In this document: one piece after another, positions 21,980 to 36,463 of the stretch
Position numbering within the stretch: the first letter of the stretch is position 1
How the letters are laid out: every line of letters begins with the position of its first letter
Assembly (NCBI GenBank): GCA_043228905.1
Contig: JBHGNT010000029.1
Location: 310,001 to 374,000 of the forward strand
DNA: 64,000 nucleotides
Direction of reading: 5' to 3'
Origin: Azolla caroliniana
Lineage: Eukaryota > Plantae > Polypodiophyta
Position numbers and translations under genes: made by a program
The notes under the pieces: generated by a model
What the model was told of the DNA's origin: nothing
Databases searched by the model: none
What the model saw: the letters and a program-made list of their open reading frames with translations, nothing else

Positions 21980-24448
21980 ACAGTCTGTGAAGTGCGTACC
22001 GCAATGAGGAGGCCCATTTCCACGGAAATGAAGACAACCCCAAGGAAGGCACCCGCCATGGCTATGAAGTCGCCCATGTCAATCTTCCATATCTTATACA
22101 TGGCATCGTAGTCCAACAGGCCCAGAACAGCATTGATGATGATTGATGCCAGGATGCAGTTAGGGGTGTAGTGGAACAGAGGCGTTGCCACAGCCAGCAC
22201 AATGAGCACCATGATCGACATCACAACATTGGAGACGGGGGTCTTCACACCCGCACTATAATTCACAGCCGATCGAGAGAAAGAACCTGCACATGTACAA
22301 CATCATTTGCTCAGAGTCTTGATCAGGGTCGTATAACACTGGAAGTTATTTCTTGTGTTAATTATTATTAAGTAAAGCAGCTTAATTAAGCATTTATGAA
22401 TGAATGCTTGGTCGGTCTCTCTATTAATTACTAGGAGTACCTGTAACAACATAGCAGGAAGTACAAGATCCAACAATGTTCATCGCTCCAAAAGCGATCA
22501 TCTCTTTGTTGCCATCGATATTGTAATTTCTCATGGATGCAAACGTCCTTCCAATTGCGATTCCCTCCTGCAATACGTATGTGTGTATGTATAAATAACA
22601 TCATTATAGGAAGGAGGAGGAGTTGGGAGATTTTAAAAAACGACCCCCGTCTCGTTCATCAAATTTTCTTCGTTACTTACTGTGAGTGCAATAAGAGATG
22701 CCTGAATGGCAATAATAAGTGCCTGCTTGAGGATGGCACCGTGGAACACAAATTGTCCAACCGATGACGGATTTATATGCCCATTAATTTTTCCAACCTG
22801 CACAGACATTATTACATATGTTGATGTAGGAAAAATAGCTCTACTACAATGAAGGATGATAATAATTATGGTATTTATCGGTAATGACTTAATAATAATT
22901 GAATCGTCACAATGTGTGAGTACCCACCCCAAGCAGCTAGATCGTTGAATGCTAAAATACCAACATTTTATATGCTAAAAAACTAAAACGAATGCAGACA
23001 ATTATTAAGATTATTATGAGAGAAGAGGCGGAGTGGAAACATATGTGTATATGTGTATAGCAATGATAAAAAGTGTCGTACAATCGCAACCCCAGCTGAT
23101 TTATTGGCTTCAGTGAATTTGACGAAGACAGTGGAGAGGATGACGGAGGTGAGGGGGGCGATGACAGATAGCCAGAATAGCCGTGGCCTCTTCTTAGCCT
23201 GATTCCATTCATTCAGTACATTTTCATTAGTTAGCTATCTTTAAGTATTGCGTCTTAAATAAATGTACATCATATTATTATTCTTATCCAAAGTAGCAGC
23301 AGCTTCTGCCGATTAAAATTTGAATGCCTTCTTAACGTTGTTTGATATTGTGCATGCATCAGGATTCAGTACTTTGGGCGGGGTGTTGAGTCTTGCTTAT
23401 AAGAAAATACATAGATATATCAATTCTAACTTACTATATGTTTGGTCAATAAGAGGAAGCCCAGGAAGAAGAGACCGATGAGGATCGTCTGCCAGTTCCA
23501 CTGTTAAAAACATATTGTATACGCATGTTATTGCCAAGTTGGGTTACCAAATGTGATGTTAAGATAAAAGGCCAGACATAAAATTTAATACGATGAATCA
23601 GTCATCAAGATTATCCATGAATTGAATAAAGATGTGCATGAATAACTTTAGTAATGATAAGGATTACAGTTATGAGCGTGCCTGCCTACTAATTAAGTTC
23701 CTTCTGCACAGCAGCTACCGAGCTCTGTTTGGTACATACCTCATTAGTATGAGTAAAGACGGAATGAAGGACAGAGACAGCATCTGTATGCCTCGTGAAG
23801 GACCTGGTAGATATTCCCAGGAGGCCTTTGAGCTGTTGCAGAGCTATGGTGATGGCAGCACCTGCCATGAACCCTACGATTGCCGCGTGTGAGAGATAAT
23901 CCACGATAAAGCCAAGCCTGGGCAAATGAACAATGGTCATATAACATGTCATAACTAGCGGATATTTTAATTAGCTGCCACAACGTGGTTATTGATTTCA
24001 TACATATATATAAATATAAATATAGATAGTGAGTGATCTAAGAGAAGTAAGGATGCGTATGTAGAGATAAGAGTAAGTAATGGTGTTAGTGGGTAGTTAG
24101 ATGAAACGCACGCATATTTTGCTAGCTATATATGTATGAAAGAAATAAGATTGGACCTGGAGAGGCCAAGAGCAGCCTGGAAAATCCCAGTGAAGAATGT
24201 GGCAGTGAAGATAAGGGCAAAGTAGGCGTCCCTGTAGGTGGCGCAGTCAGCATTGATGAACTTGGTGGAGGTAGTGTCACAACTAGCGGTTGCCAGAGCT
24301 GGGACGGGGAAGCCGTTTCTGGCGAGGGTGCCCAACAGGATGGACACAACCGCCACCGGCCCAATGGCAGACTCTCTGGACACCCCCAAGGCAGCATACA
24401 ACAGCGGTGGGACAAAGCTGCTATCTGCATTTTGATGAATCATCCACA

Positions 24449-24481
<33 letters not shown>

Positions 24482-24974
24482 GAGCCAGAAGAAGCTGTGG
24501 GTTAGATTATAGATAATAGACACAAACGCTACGCTACGCTCTTCTTCGCTATCAATCTATAATCTTATCTATTAATTATGTATTGTTCGTTGATTTTCTT
24601 AAAAAAGTTACATGGAACTTACAGAGGCCGTAGATGGGTGGCAAGCCAGCAAGCTTGGCATAGGCGATGCCCTGCGGGATGCTGAGGCTCCCGATGGTGA
24701 GGCCGGCCACAAGGTCGTCCTTGAAGGTGAAGAGGTTGTAGGTGCGGCCCCAATGGAGAACCGGGAAGACGTAGGCCAGCGCCATGTAGACGCGATGTTT
24801 GGGCGTCTGCTTCCGGAAGCCCCGCAAGGGGTTGTCCGGGAACAGCGTCTCGCGGAACATGCTCTTCATCCCCTCCGCCATCCTCCCTTTCGTCGTCGTC
24901 ACCGTCGCATCATTCCCAGCTGCAGCTTGCAGACCATACATACTACTAGCTGCTGCCCAAAATGCTGCATTGGG

Positions 24975-25005
<31 letters not shown>

Positions 25006-25070
25006 GCCTCCTCTTTCACGAAGTTCCCCCCCGGACCTGGAACTGCTGACTCCCCCAACCCCTTCGACAT
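20597..25070 (-). CDS. SULTR: Sulfate transporter (SLC26/SulP family with C-terminal STAS domain), 12 exons
   Basis: Exons 25070-24623, 24424-24157, 23917-23740, 23500-23435, 23198-23082, 22797-22681, 22567-22441, 22286-22000, 21521-21331, 21210-21125, 20930-20854 and 20743-20597. Motifs [75 protein letters not shown] and LAMANP. Confidence 0.95.
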
Positions 25071-27399
25071 GCTGCTAATGATGATGATATAATTTTATTC
25101 CTAGAAATGATATTGGGATGCCACAAAACCCAATCTACTCCCGTCCGGCAGCATTAACAAACGTTGGCAGCTGATGTTATTATTCGGACAGATTGCTGAT
25201 TGCCTAAATCAATCACAACAACATATTACATGTATTGTTAAATGTATAGGTGCATATATATATATATATATGCATGCATGGACGCTCGCCTGCTTCGATG
25301 GTGGGATTCTGATATCACAGAATTTAACTTAACTTAGAGAGACAAGTGGATATAATACACCGATGATTGCTTAGAATTTAGCTGGAGACGGGCTGCCTAA
25401 TTATCTATCTGCACACACTCACGCACGCACATATACATATGTCTATATGTATATGTGTCGTGCGTGGGTGTGTGGGCGTAGTCTAAGCAAATGTGTGTGT
25501 GTATATATATATACATACTACTATACTGGTGGGCGTGTATGTGTAGCCAGAAGGTAGTATGTAGTTAAACGCTAGCAGTGGGTGGGTTTGACAAATGTTG
25601 CAGGAAATTGAAAAAGGGGGTAACCTTTGCCGCCTCTCTCTTATTACATACATACATACATACATGATACATACATGATACATACATGATACATACATAC
25701 ATTGCCATGTAGATATTTATTATTGTCTGAGCACCCACCATTAATGTTTGGTTTCATATTAGTTGCTCTCTTCATCTCCCTTCTCATTAGTGGGTGACCC
25801 CCACACCATTATCATCTTCTTACTTACATCACACACCGACTTAATTGACATTATGTATTTCATTCACCATCAAGGGGCTCTCACTCTGGAGCATTAAGCA
25901 TCTCTCCAGTTTGCCCATCTAGACGAATCTGGTACACTATGGGTGAAAGAGACTCTAAACAAATTCTAGGTTGAGATGTATTGCATCAATGGAATATTAT
26001 TATGTATATACAAAATGCACGTGAAATCAGAGTTCTACAGGGAAAGGTCTCAATTCGTTGGTTGCAACTCTGCAATCATCATCTCATGTGCCCAACCAAG
26101 GCTTCCCACATGTTGATTGAGGATGTTGCACCCAACCTCTCCATGATTCGAAGATACAAGAGGATGATGGATGCTACAATATTTACTGGTAACCTGAAAG
26201 GCCTAAATGCATCTAGGGTGTTTATTACAATGATCACATCTTGAATATATCTGTATTGTAATTTTTGTCCAAAACATTACCATGTTCCCAACTCCTCACT
26301 CAATAATTCATTAATGAAGTGGCACATCTCTTATTTATGTAACCCTCCATTGATGATATTTCAAGATACTAGAAATAGCAAGGGAAGCCATGTAGCAAAC
26401 CTTAAAATATAAATTTATTTGTTTACATCCTTCATTACTTACACCACTCACAGCTAGGGAGATAAATTTCTCCTATTTCAAAGTATACTCGTATTGTTTA
26501 GGTAAGCCTCCACACCTTTGAGATATCAACAATCAAGAATTAGGACAACACAACCTACATCATGAAAGTCAAGCTTGATGAAGGTTATGTTCCTCGATCA
26601 AAATCGTATGTGAAATCTACAATCTTCATTGTTGATGTAGAAGCACCACCTAGTAATACAATTTACTATTCTAAATACGTTTCGGACTAAATCAAATTTA
26701 TTTGTGAACTAAATAGTCTCAATACATAAGTTGTATTCAAGATTTAAACTTAGTTATTGTCCATGTAATGCATGTGCATGGTAAAATGTACAAACCTCAA
26801 ACATTTGAATCTATGTGATGGAGGTTGTCATTTTTACAAACCATCTCAAAGGTTTTACTTTGTAGGTTATCCCTCCTTGTTGCATGTTGAATTTACATAC
26901 ATTTTATATCCTAATTCTCTGTTCAAACACATAATGTATTCTTATTTATTTTCAACCACACACACCACTTGATTTGACACCAAGTGATAACTTTAGGGTA
27001 ACATCCTTTGTACTCACATTTATTTATTTTTAACTACACTCACAATATTTATCTACATCAATTGATCACGATTTGTTCGGTCAGGATACAGTTGGTGGCA
27101 TTAACAACAATGACCATGTTCATATGAGGTAGAAGTACTCTCCTCCCAACATTAGACATGGACAATGGTAACAAAATTTAATACAAGTGATTGCTTTATT
27201 GTAGTTGTTAGACAAAGGGAGCAACAAGTCATCTATGATGTCTAAATCCCCCCAAAATAGTGATAGAATGGTAAAAGCAACAAGATAATAGGTTCAAAAG
27301 GGCCGAAAGAATCCAAATTTGATGACCATAATATATAATGAGGTCATTAAAAACTTCCATCCTTTACCAATGAATGATTAAGGTATTGAACTTGGTAAA

Positions 27400-28150
27400 A
27401 GAGGTATTGAGATCAAATGTTGCATGTGATTTTCATGTTCTAGGTTTGATATCATGTCATCCCAAAATGTTTATACTCATGTGAATTTGACTCTATTGAG
27501 ATCAAATGTTGCATTGATATGACTTTGATGTTCCAACTTGACATCATGTCATCCTAATTTCTTTTATACTCACCATGGAGTTGAGCATCCTGATTCATAA
27601 TCTTGTAGGCAAGCTTGCCTTAATCGCTATAAACAATGTCACTATGAAATTTATGGTCCTTGGTCATCATTCTCTTTGCAAGGTTTAAAACACGAGTGAC
27701 TTTATAAGGTTTAAGCTTGCCATATTTTCATTTAAATTTATTTTCTTTAAATTTCCATTCATTGGTAGTCAAGCATTGTTCCATCTTTCATTGTGATATT
27801 TTTTTTTACATATAACATATACCAAGAAAAAAATTAATTGGCCAAATTGTTGATATTCAATGTGATTTTGGCTCTATTGAGATCAAATGGTGCATTTTAC
27901 TTTGATGTTCGAACTTGATATCATGTCATCCTATGAAGTTGAGGGTCCTTGATCATCATCATATAGGAAAGCTTACATTAATCTCCATAAACAACTCACT
28001 ATGAACTTGGTCCTTGGTCATCATCATTTGTACAAGGTTTAACATCAATGACCTAAGAAGGTTTAATCCAACCAAATTTTCATGCACATGTTTCTTTTTT
28101 TACATTTCATTAAGTGATAGTCAAGTATGTATTATCCCCACCTTATATTG
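27400..28150. repeat. Degenerate direct duplications of unknown origin
   Basis: TATTGAGATCAAATG(T/G)TGCAT...ATCATGTCATCC occurs near 27405, 27495 and 27875. 27480-27800 and 27860-28150 are diverged copies. Confidence 0.55.
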
Positions 28151-29703
28151 AGATATGAAAACTACCAAGAAATAAAGATTTAAGATGCCAATGGAGGAGT
28201 CTTAAATTTGATACCTCCTTTGTATTAAGGGCTAAAGATCGGCCCTAGAAGAAAGTGAAGTCAAGAAAATAAATCCATAAATGGAAAGGGGGGGAGGTAT
28301 CTAAAATCACATTATATCCAAGTCAAAAGTTGGGGGGGGGTCTACCTTGTTGAGTATTTTTCTTGATATACATCAAGGTTTTGAGAGTGAAGCTAGCAAA
28401 TAATTGGAAGATTCCTACATGCGAGGGGACCTTTTCCCGAATGGGCATTAGGGGATCTCCTCACATAAAGGATCCTCTAACCATAGTGGAATCTTCCATT
28501 CACCTAATGGCTCAACTCAAGGATACCCCCAACCCATTGCCATAAAATTGAAATCCTTGATTCCCTTGATATGATGTTCACCAAGTCTAAGCTACGCATT
28601 TTAATATCTGTTTTAGATCTTGATACTTTCCTAGATATTCATTTTTAATTTGGGTTGATTTGAACTTAGCAACATTACCATCTCTATTCATCAAAATCTC
28701 ATGGACCAAACCAATCTCTATTCATTGAAATCATGGTTTGTTTGTATGTTAATGTAGCAAGTCCAACATACATATGGAAGAAATATATACAAATAGGGTT
28801 TATATGTTATACTATTTTTGTTTTGACATCCATAATTCGTATATAATTTGAGACCATAGTAGCAAAAGCCATACATTTGTGACTTTGGCAAGTGTAAAAT
28901 AATGTCAATTATGTAATGATGATATTATGATGTGGGAAGATGTAGGTATTTGATTAAGGCTAGATGGCGAAGGTTACAATATTGAATATATAAATTTATG
29001 ATTCTTTTGTAGGGAATCCAAACTACTACATCATAATGTCCCAACTTTATTAATCCAAACCCCCCTAGACACACCCTCAACTACTAGTCCCTCCCATCTC
29101 TATGTATCCACATCTCTAAGTGAAGTAGCAAATGTTTGATAATGTACTTCTTTCGTCTTTGTATCATACATCCCCCCATTTATATGTGTTTGAACTACCA
29201 TTTGCGATAAATAAAGAATATAGACAAGAAAACTTGAAATATAAACTACCACGATTCCCAAAAAAGCTCTTTTAAAGTGAAACCTTGAACAAGAAGGTTG
29301 CAAAAACTTGATTTAAAAGAAGTGCATGCACTACCAGAAACAAACAAAATTATGCATATTCAATTTTCTCTGTGAAAGTGTATACCATATCCATATTATG
29401 AAAATACTAGGCCAAATTTTATTAGCAAAGTAATCATGTGAACAAGCTTATGGCTTTGTGAAATATGAGCCTTCATTGAAGTTTCATTGGTGCCTTTCTA
29501 TGCAACTATGGAAATTTACCAAAATGTGCCACCTTTTACATCAAATTCCCAAATTATTCCTTAATTTAGAAATTCACATAGTACTTTTTAAGAAAAGTAG
29601 TACATGCATTAAAATAACATGGTATACCCTAATCCCTTGTTTTCCCTCCAACAATAGCGAGAATCTTATAGCAAGGTAAACCTCCAACCACCATGACCAC
29701 AAA

Positions 29704-30605
29704 CTATATAAGCTTCCATTTTTGTCCGACATGACTCAAGGGAACTTCTCTGACATGCACTATCGGGTGAGAAGTGTCATCTCCAATCTCAACAACTCTC
29801 GGTTGCTCTAGCTTTTCCATAAACGAGAACCACTCTTCGTGGCTCGTCATGTGGTTAGACGCTCCGGAGTGAACGTACCACACTTCCTTCGATCCGGAAG
29901 TGGTCTTCTTCATCGAGTTCGCCTTGTGTTTCATCACAAAGGCTGGCCCTTTCCCGATCTTTCTGGTGTCGGATCCTTCCGATCCTTCAGCGTAGTGCAA
30001 GCTTTGTTGGTTCCCTTGTCTGGTCTTGCCAAATCCGGATTTATCCGAATCGGCGTGCTTCTTCCCACACCCGCTCTCCCAGTGGCCTTTCTTGCCACAA
30101 TATCATCATTCCGTGTCGGCCTTCCCTTGTTGGTTTAGGGTTTAGGGTTTACCATCACGTTGATGGACCCGAGCGCATCGTAAATCTCCTTGATCTTGGT
30201 GGTGTAGTCGGTAACCGTCATGTCCCATTGCCAAATACTATTGAGCTCTTGCCGGAGCTATAACTTCCGAGCCGTGGTACTTGCGGCGAAAATCTTCCGA
30301 AGATTTTCCCAAGCCTCCTTCGGCGACTTTGCGTCTCTGATGTAGTCGAGCATCTGGACGTGCACACAGGACGCGAAGCAATACAACCCTCTGCTCGCTC
30401 CTTGCTCCCATGCCAGGAAGTCCTTGTGTGCCGACTCCGGTGCCACTTCATTTGCTCCGTCGACATAGCTCCAGTCACCGTGTTCGAGTAGTTCTTGGTG
30501 CATCTTGTAAGACCAAGATGCATAATTGCCTCTGTCGAGCTTCTCCGTCAAAAGCGAGCTTGCCATCCCTTTGTCCATTCTTTCTTCGGTCTTCCTCACA
30601 TTCAA
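29704..30605 (-). mobile_element. Truncated Copia gag-protease fragment
   Basis: EKLDRGNYASWSYKMHQ..AKSPKEAWENLRKIF, and protease-like VWYVHSGASNHMT. Same family as 32104-35831 and 53430-58815. Confidence 0.85.
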
Positions 30606-31254
30606 CCGATTCGGATCCGGTTGAGCTTATCTGCTCAACAAATGCCAAAGGAAGAATTGTGGGTAATGACTCCTCAATTGGAAGTCAAGATGAAACACTC
30701 CATACATGAACTCCAAGGTCTCGAACATGAGCTATACAAAATGATAAAAATTATATTCAGAAACAAACAAATCACTTGCTTGAAGTACATAGTGTTATGT
30801 CAGCTCAAAGTGTACTCACCGAGCACACCTGTCTATATCAATGGAGTTGGAAAATGTAGTTATGCCTCCACGCTAATATTGTAGGCTATTGATGGTGAGT
30901 CTTGAAATAGTGGTTGTCAATCACTCTCAAGCCACTAACATCAGTTACCCTAACCTTACGAATTCTTTGAACCTCTCTCGAAAGCACTAACCTCCTTAAG
31001 AAGCTCACTAATGCATTATATAGGCTTTAACATTAGACATAAAATGCAATAGATCACAAGCAATATGACTAACCATGTTGCAATTAAAGAGAAAAGTCAC
31101 TGCAATGCATACAAAAAGAGGAGTGATTAGGATTTAGCTAAGTAGCACTTAAACTAACCACTCACTTCACAAGTGAGATAGATAAATAGATTCTATTATT
31201 GTCTTTGACCTATGAGAACAAAAATGTTACATTTCACATAATGCATGTAAACGT

Positions 31255-34200
31255 GAGTAGCAATTGTGAAAGCTAAGCTTAAACTTGTGACCTATGTGTA
31301 CATTTGTCAAGTACTTAACCATTAAGCTATCTCATAAACATATTTATTAACATTGTAATTCCATATGATAGAATCCTAGAACATTCTAGAAAACCCTAGA
31401 ATGCTCCATGACCCACTATATAACGAACCATTCCGGTTCAACACTAGTCTTGGGTCTTCTAAGTAAGCTCTCTCTTATATCTCTTTATTGTAATACATAT
31501 TTCCTTTCATAATTACTCTCTCGTCCTCTCTTGCTCACTCTGTCTACTGCTATCTCATCTATCCATTCATCCATTACTCTTTCTCTTGCTCTTTCTACTG
31601 CTATCGTGTCTCAATTCTAACAGTCATTTACAACAAGCGGTAGCATCCCATAAAGCATTGCAGATCATCTTCATCTTCAACAGATGTTTCACATATGTGA
31701 TCATGTATCCTTATTTCGTCGACACATGAGAACGTCACGACCTTGTGATAAACTCTATTATCCGTGATTGGGACCATTTACGATCTCATCAAAGATTAAT
31801 GAGGTGACTTTCCAGCTTGATCTCCCTTCCCACATGCGACTTCACTCACTATTTCATTGTTCACTTCTTGAACCTTGTGCCACAACTACTATTCTGCGTC
31901 ATGTGATACTACCGTCACTGCCATCGGATGTCCAACTTGATAATGTTCTTGAATATGAAGTTGTAGTGGTTCTTGACTCCAAGATCCTACGCAATAAATT
32001 ATATAGTATTTAGTGGATTGGTAGGGTTATTATCCAAATTATCAAATGTGGGAACCGCCTGAGAATTTATCCAAATCTGGTCAAAGAATTTCATCATCAA
32101 TACTGTAAAGAATCAAGAGATGGATTCTGTGCAGCGGAATAGATATGGACTGTGTGTGTGTATGAGAGAGAGAGAGAGAGAGAGACAAGGAGTAAGACAT
32201 AGACAATACGAAAGGTAAAGTATATTAACAAAGGAGAAAGACTCAACAACGTACAAGGTGGGAGGAGGGTGCTTTATATAGTCACCCTCTCTCTTCATTA
32301 ACTACAAGACTCATGGAGCATGGGGAATGTGAAAGCTCATAAGTTATGTGTCATAGAATATGATTCTATGACTCATACTAAATGCTAGAATACAAAGTGG
32401 TGACATAATGGTGACTCTTGACCGTTGGAGTGTCTCTTCACTCTCAAGGTGAGTTCACACACTAGACCAAGTTGAGCTTGATTCTCAACACGCCCCTTCA
32501 AGCTCAAGTCGGGTCAGTTTCAGATGGTATCCGAAATCCGCTTCGACTCGTGTTCCGGAGTTTGCGTCGACTCGCATTTATGCGGAGTTGCGGAATCCGT
32601 GCTCCAGCTTGCGTTGTGCATACTTGCGAAGTCTGTGCTTTGGCTTGCGGCTTTCTTTGCGGCTTTGTGCGGTAAATCAGCTCTTCACGGCTTCATTGCA
32701 CGGTTGCGAAATCCACGCGTTATTGCGTAGTGTCTTTAGTACTCCCCCTCAAGCTTGGCAGGTCAGGGATCGTCAATCCGAGATCGGTCATGAATTGCCA
32801 TAGCTTGTCGGCTCCTAAGGCTTTAGTGAAGATGTCGGTCGTTTGAAGATTGGTGCTAATGTGTTGTAGGTCGACATAGCCAGTTAGAACGCGCTCTCGG
32901 ATGAAGTGATAGTGCACTTCAATGTGCTTTGTCCGTGCGTGGAACACCGGGTTCCGAGCCAGATAGATACTGCTCATGTTGTCGCAGTAAAGGGAAGTCG
33001 GATCCTTGATGGGTACGCCCAGATCCTTGAGTATCCTTTTGAGCCATACGGCCTCACAAGTGGCCACTACCACGCCCCTGTATTCCGCCTTTGAGCTCGA
33101 AAAGGCGACGATTGATTGCTTTTTGCTACTCCAGGATATTGCTCCGTTACCGAGGGAAAAAACAAATACGAAGGTTGATCTTCTATCGGCTTTGTAGCCG
33201 GCCCAATCGGCGTCTGTGTACCCCTCGAGTCGTATTGGCAGCACGGTCTTGTAGACGATGCCGCAATCCATTGTGCCGCTCACGTATTGTAGAACTCGCT
33301 TAGCGCAATCCAAGTGAGTATCACGCAGTGTTTGCATGAATTGACTAAGGAGACCGATCGGATAACTGAGATCGGGTCGAGTGATCGTGATGTAGATGAG
33401 TCTCCCGATGAATTGCCAATACTGAGTTGGCTCACACGCTTTGGTCGAGCGGGGTTGCCGCGGATTTGCACTCAGCCATACCAAACTTGTATAGCAAGTT
33501 GAGGATGTAGTATCGTTGAGAGATCATGATTCCGACCGGAGTCCGAATTACCTCGATGCCGAGGAAGTAGTGGAGCTCCTTCATGTCCGTCATCTCGAAC
33601 TTGTCAGAAAGGAGGGCACATAATATCGGCATCCGTCGAGGAAGTAGTGGAGAAGTCCTCGATGAAGAGCACATAATATCGGCATCCGCCGAATGTAGCC
33701 GTCTGCGCCAATCCCCATACGTCGGAATGGACTACGTCGAGTAGACCTTTGCTCACGTTTCGCTCTTTCGGGAATGGGTGTCGGTGTTGCTTGCCGAATT
33801 GGCACGCTTCGCATACACCTTCAATCTCCTTCTCTTTGAATGTCAGGAGTCCGATGATGACTACTTTCGATTTCATTGCTTTCAGTTTGTTGAGATTCAT
33901 GTGGCCGATTCGCTTGTGCCATAGCTCTATGTCGGAGTCGGCTTTCGTGCTTTTTGCGAACATGGCGGATTTCATCTCGTGTGAATTGAGAATGAACATC
34001 CAGCCCTCTCTTCTTCTGCGTGCGATGATTTGGCCCTCTTTTTCGATGAAGCACCCTTCTTGGTCGAATCGTACTTGCGTCCCTTGCTCAACCATTTGGC
34101 CAACCGAGATGCAAGACATTTTTAATGTATGTTTGCTTACCTCTTTCGCCGAACGGAACATTGCCGATGTGCCGAATCGGGTGCGTAGTGTCATCTCCGG

Positions 34201-36248
34201 TTTTGACATAACCGAGTCGCTCTGGCTCTCGAAGTTTGAGAAACCATTCTTTATGAGATGTCATATGGTTTGAGGCTCCGGAGTCAACAAACCATACGTC
34301 CTCCAGATTGAGGGCACTAGTTGAGGTAGAGGCCGACATAGAGTTTGCTCTATGTTTCATCATGAACATTCCGCCATGGTTGGAGTTGTGTGCATACATT
34401 TCTCCACGATCTTTGTAGTCGGAGTTGTGCCTGTACATTCCACTATACTCTTCGTAGTTGGAATTGTGCGCGTAATTCGTGAGTTGTCGACTTGTGGAAG
34501 CCGATTCACGCATCTTCTGTTGGCACTCTTCTTTGTGGTGGCCGAGCTTTCCGCAATATCCGCATTCGGTTGCGTTTTAACGGCTCGGGCCGGAGTGGAA
34601 GCTCCCCCTTCTTGTGAAGGTTCCTCGTTGGCTTCCGTTTTGCGGCCAAAATTGGGAGTTGTTATCGTAGGTCGGACCTCGTCCGCCTTGTCCTTGGCCG
34701 AATCGACCTCTCGCTCGTCCGCGTCCTCTTCCTCCGTTCGAATGCGTGTAGAGCATGTGGCCTTCCGACTCATTGCTCCTTGTACGCACGTGGTTTTCTT
34801 CGACCAATAGCATTGATTGGAGCTTGAAGAAGCAGGGAGATTTCTCCCGTGCTAGAATGGCGGTTCACATTGCGTTGAACCGTGGTGCGAGGCCGCCGAG
34901 GCATATTTGCACCATCTCATCATCATCGATATTTACGCTTATCGAGCCGAGCAAGTCGCAAAGCTCCTTGATCTTCAAGGTGTATGGCGTGATGGACATG
35001 TCCCTTTGTTGAATGTTGTTCAACTCTTGGCAGAGTTGAAGCCTTCTTGCGGTTGTGTTCGCCGCAAAAATCTTTCGTAGATTTTTCCATGCCTCCTTTG
35101 GCGTCTTGGCTTCGTGAATGTAGCCGAGCATGTGGTCGTGAACACATGTCGCCAAGCAATACATCACGCGGCTTGTGGCTTGATCCCATGTCGCGTATCT
35201 AGGAGCCGTTTTGATGGGTCGGTCTTCGCGTGCTCCTTTGATGTAGCTCCAATAGCCTTGTCCGACAAGGTATTGGTGCATCTTGTACTCCCAAGATGTG
35301 AAGTTGTTTCGATCCAACTTCTCGGTAGGGAGAGTGCTCCCCATTTGAGTATTCATTATGTTGATTCTTCTTCTTCTTCTTCTTCTCTCTTCGAATGTGA
35401 GCTATGTAGCGAAGCTACGATAGCGATGAGCCAGTTCTTGGTAGTCGGCGTAGGACACAGCACACGATCACAATGAGGCGAGTGAGTGGGCTAGATCGAG
35501 CTACCAAATCGCTCTGATACCATGTAAAGCAGTAAGACATAGAGAATACGCAAGGTAAAGTATATTAACAAAGGAGAAAGACTCAACAATGTACAAGGTG
35601 GGAGGAGGGTGCTTTATATAGTCATCCTCTCTCTTCATTAACTATAAGACTCATGGAGTGTGGGGAATGTGAAAACTCATAAGTTTATGTGTCATAGAAT
35701 ATGATTCTATGACGAATACTAAATGCTAGAATACAAAGTGGTGACATAATGGTGACTCTTGACTGTTGGAGTGTCTCTTCACTCTTAAGGTGAGTTCACA
35801 CACTAGACCAAGTTGAGCTTGATTCTCAACAAATACCCTAACAAACATGGTCTTGCTATATCCATCATGACTCCAATAACTCGTCATTTTAGGCGGTGGA
35901 AAGTGTTATGGCCACAATGTGATGGCCATGCTTGAACCTATGCCTTATGTTTTTAGGAGGGGGATAGTGTTATGGCAACCATGTGATGGCCATGCTTGAA
36001 CCTATTGTGTACTTACGTCAAGGACTTAAGCATTAGGCTATCTCATGTACATATTATAACATAATATCATAATTAGTTGAACCCTAGAACACTCTAGAAC
36101 TTCCTGGATCATTATAGAAAACCCTAGAATGTTCCATGATTCACTACATAATGAAGCCCCTTCAAGATCCCTTGTAATTCCACATAGTCTCGAGATCTCC
36201 AAGTAAGCTCCCTCTTGTATCTCTTTATCTTCATTTCCTTTCATAGTT

Positions 36249-36285
<37 letters not shown>

Positions 36286-36335
36286 GTTATCTTGTTTATC
36301 CGTTCATTCATCACCCTTTCTCTCGCTATCAATTC
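31255..36335 (+). mobile_element. Old Gypsy/chromovirus remnant with diverged LTR-like ends, split by a Copia insertion
   Basis: GPFTISSKINEVTFQLDLP..LHSLFHCSLLEP..EYEV..LDSK and WEPPENL (integrase tail plus chromodomain) at 31768-32103, continuing at 35832. PPT AGGAGGGGGATAG near 35955. 31280-31500 resembles 36000-36230. Confidence 0.65.
32104..35831 (-). mobile_element. Ty1/Copia element with both LTRs, internally deleted (integrase core and most of RT missing)
   Basis: LTRs at 32104-32490 and 35523-35831. TSD AATAC at 32099-32103 and 35832-35836. PBS (GCTCTGATACCA on +) at 35511-35522. Gag, zinc knuckle, WFVDSGASNHM, LWHKRIGH and RNaseH motifs. Confidence 0.95.
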
Positions 36336-36408
36336 TAACGACTCTTGGTGTTCAAGAACTTTACCAATGAATGTTGCAATTAAGAATGCACATTGTGGTT
36401 GGTTGGTT

Positions 36409-36463
<55 letters not shown>

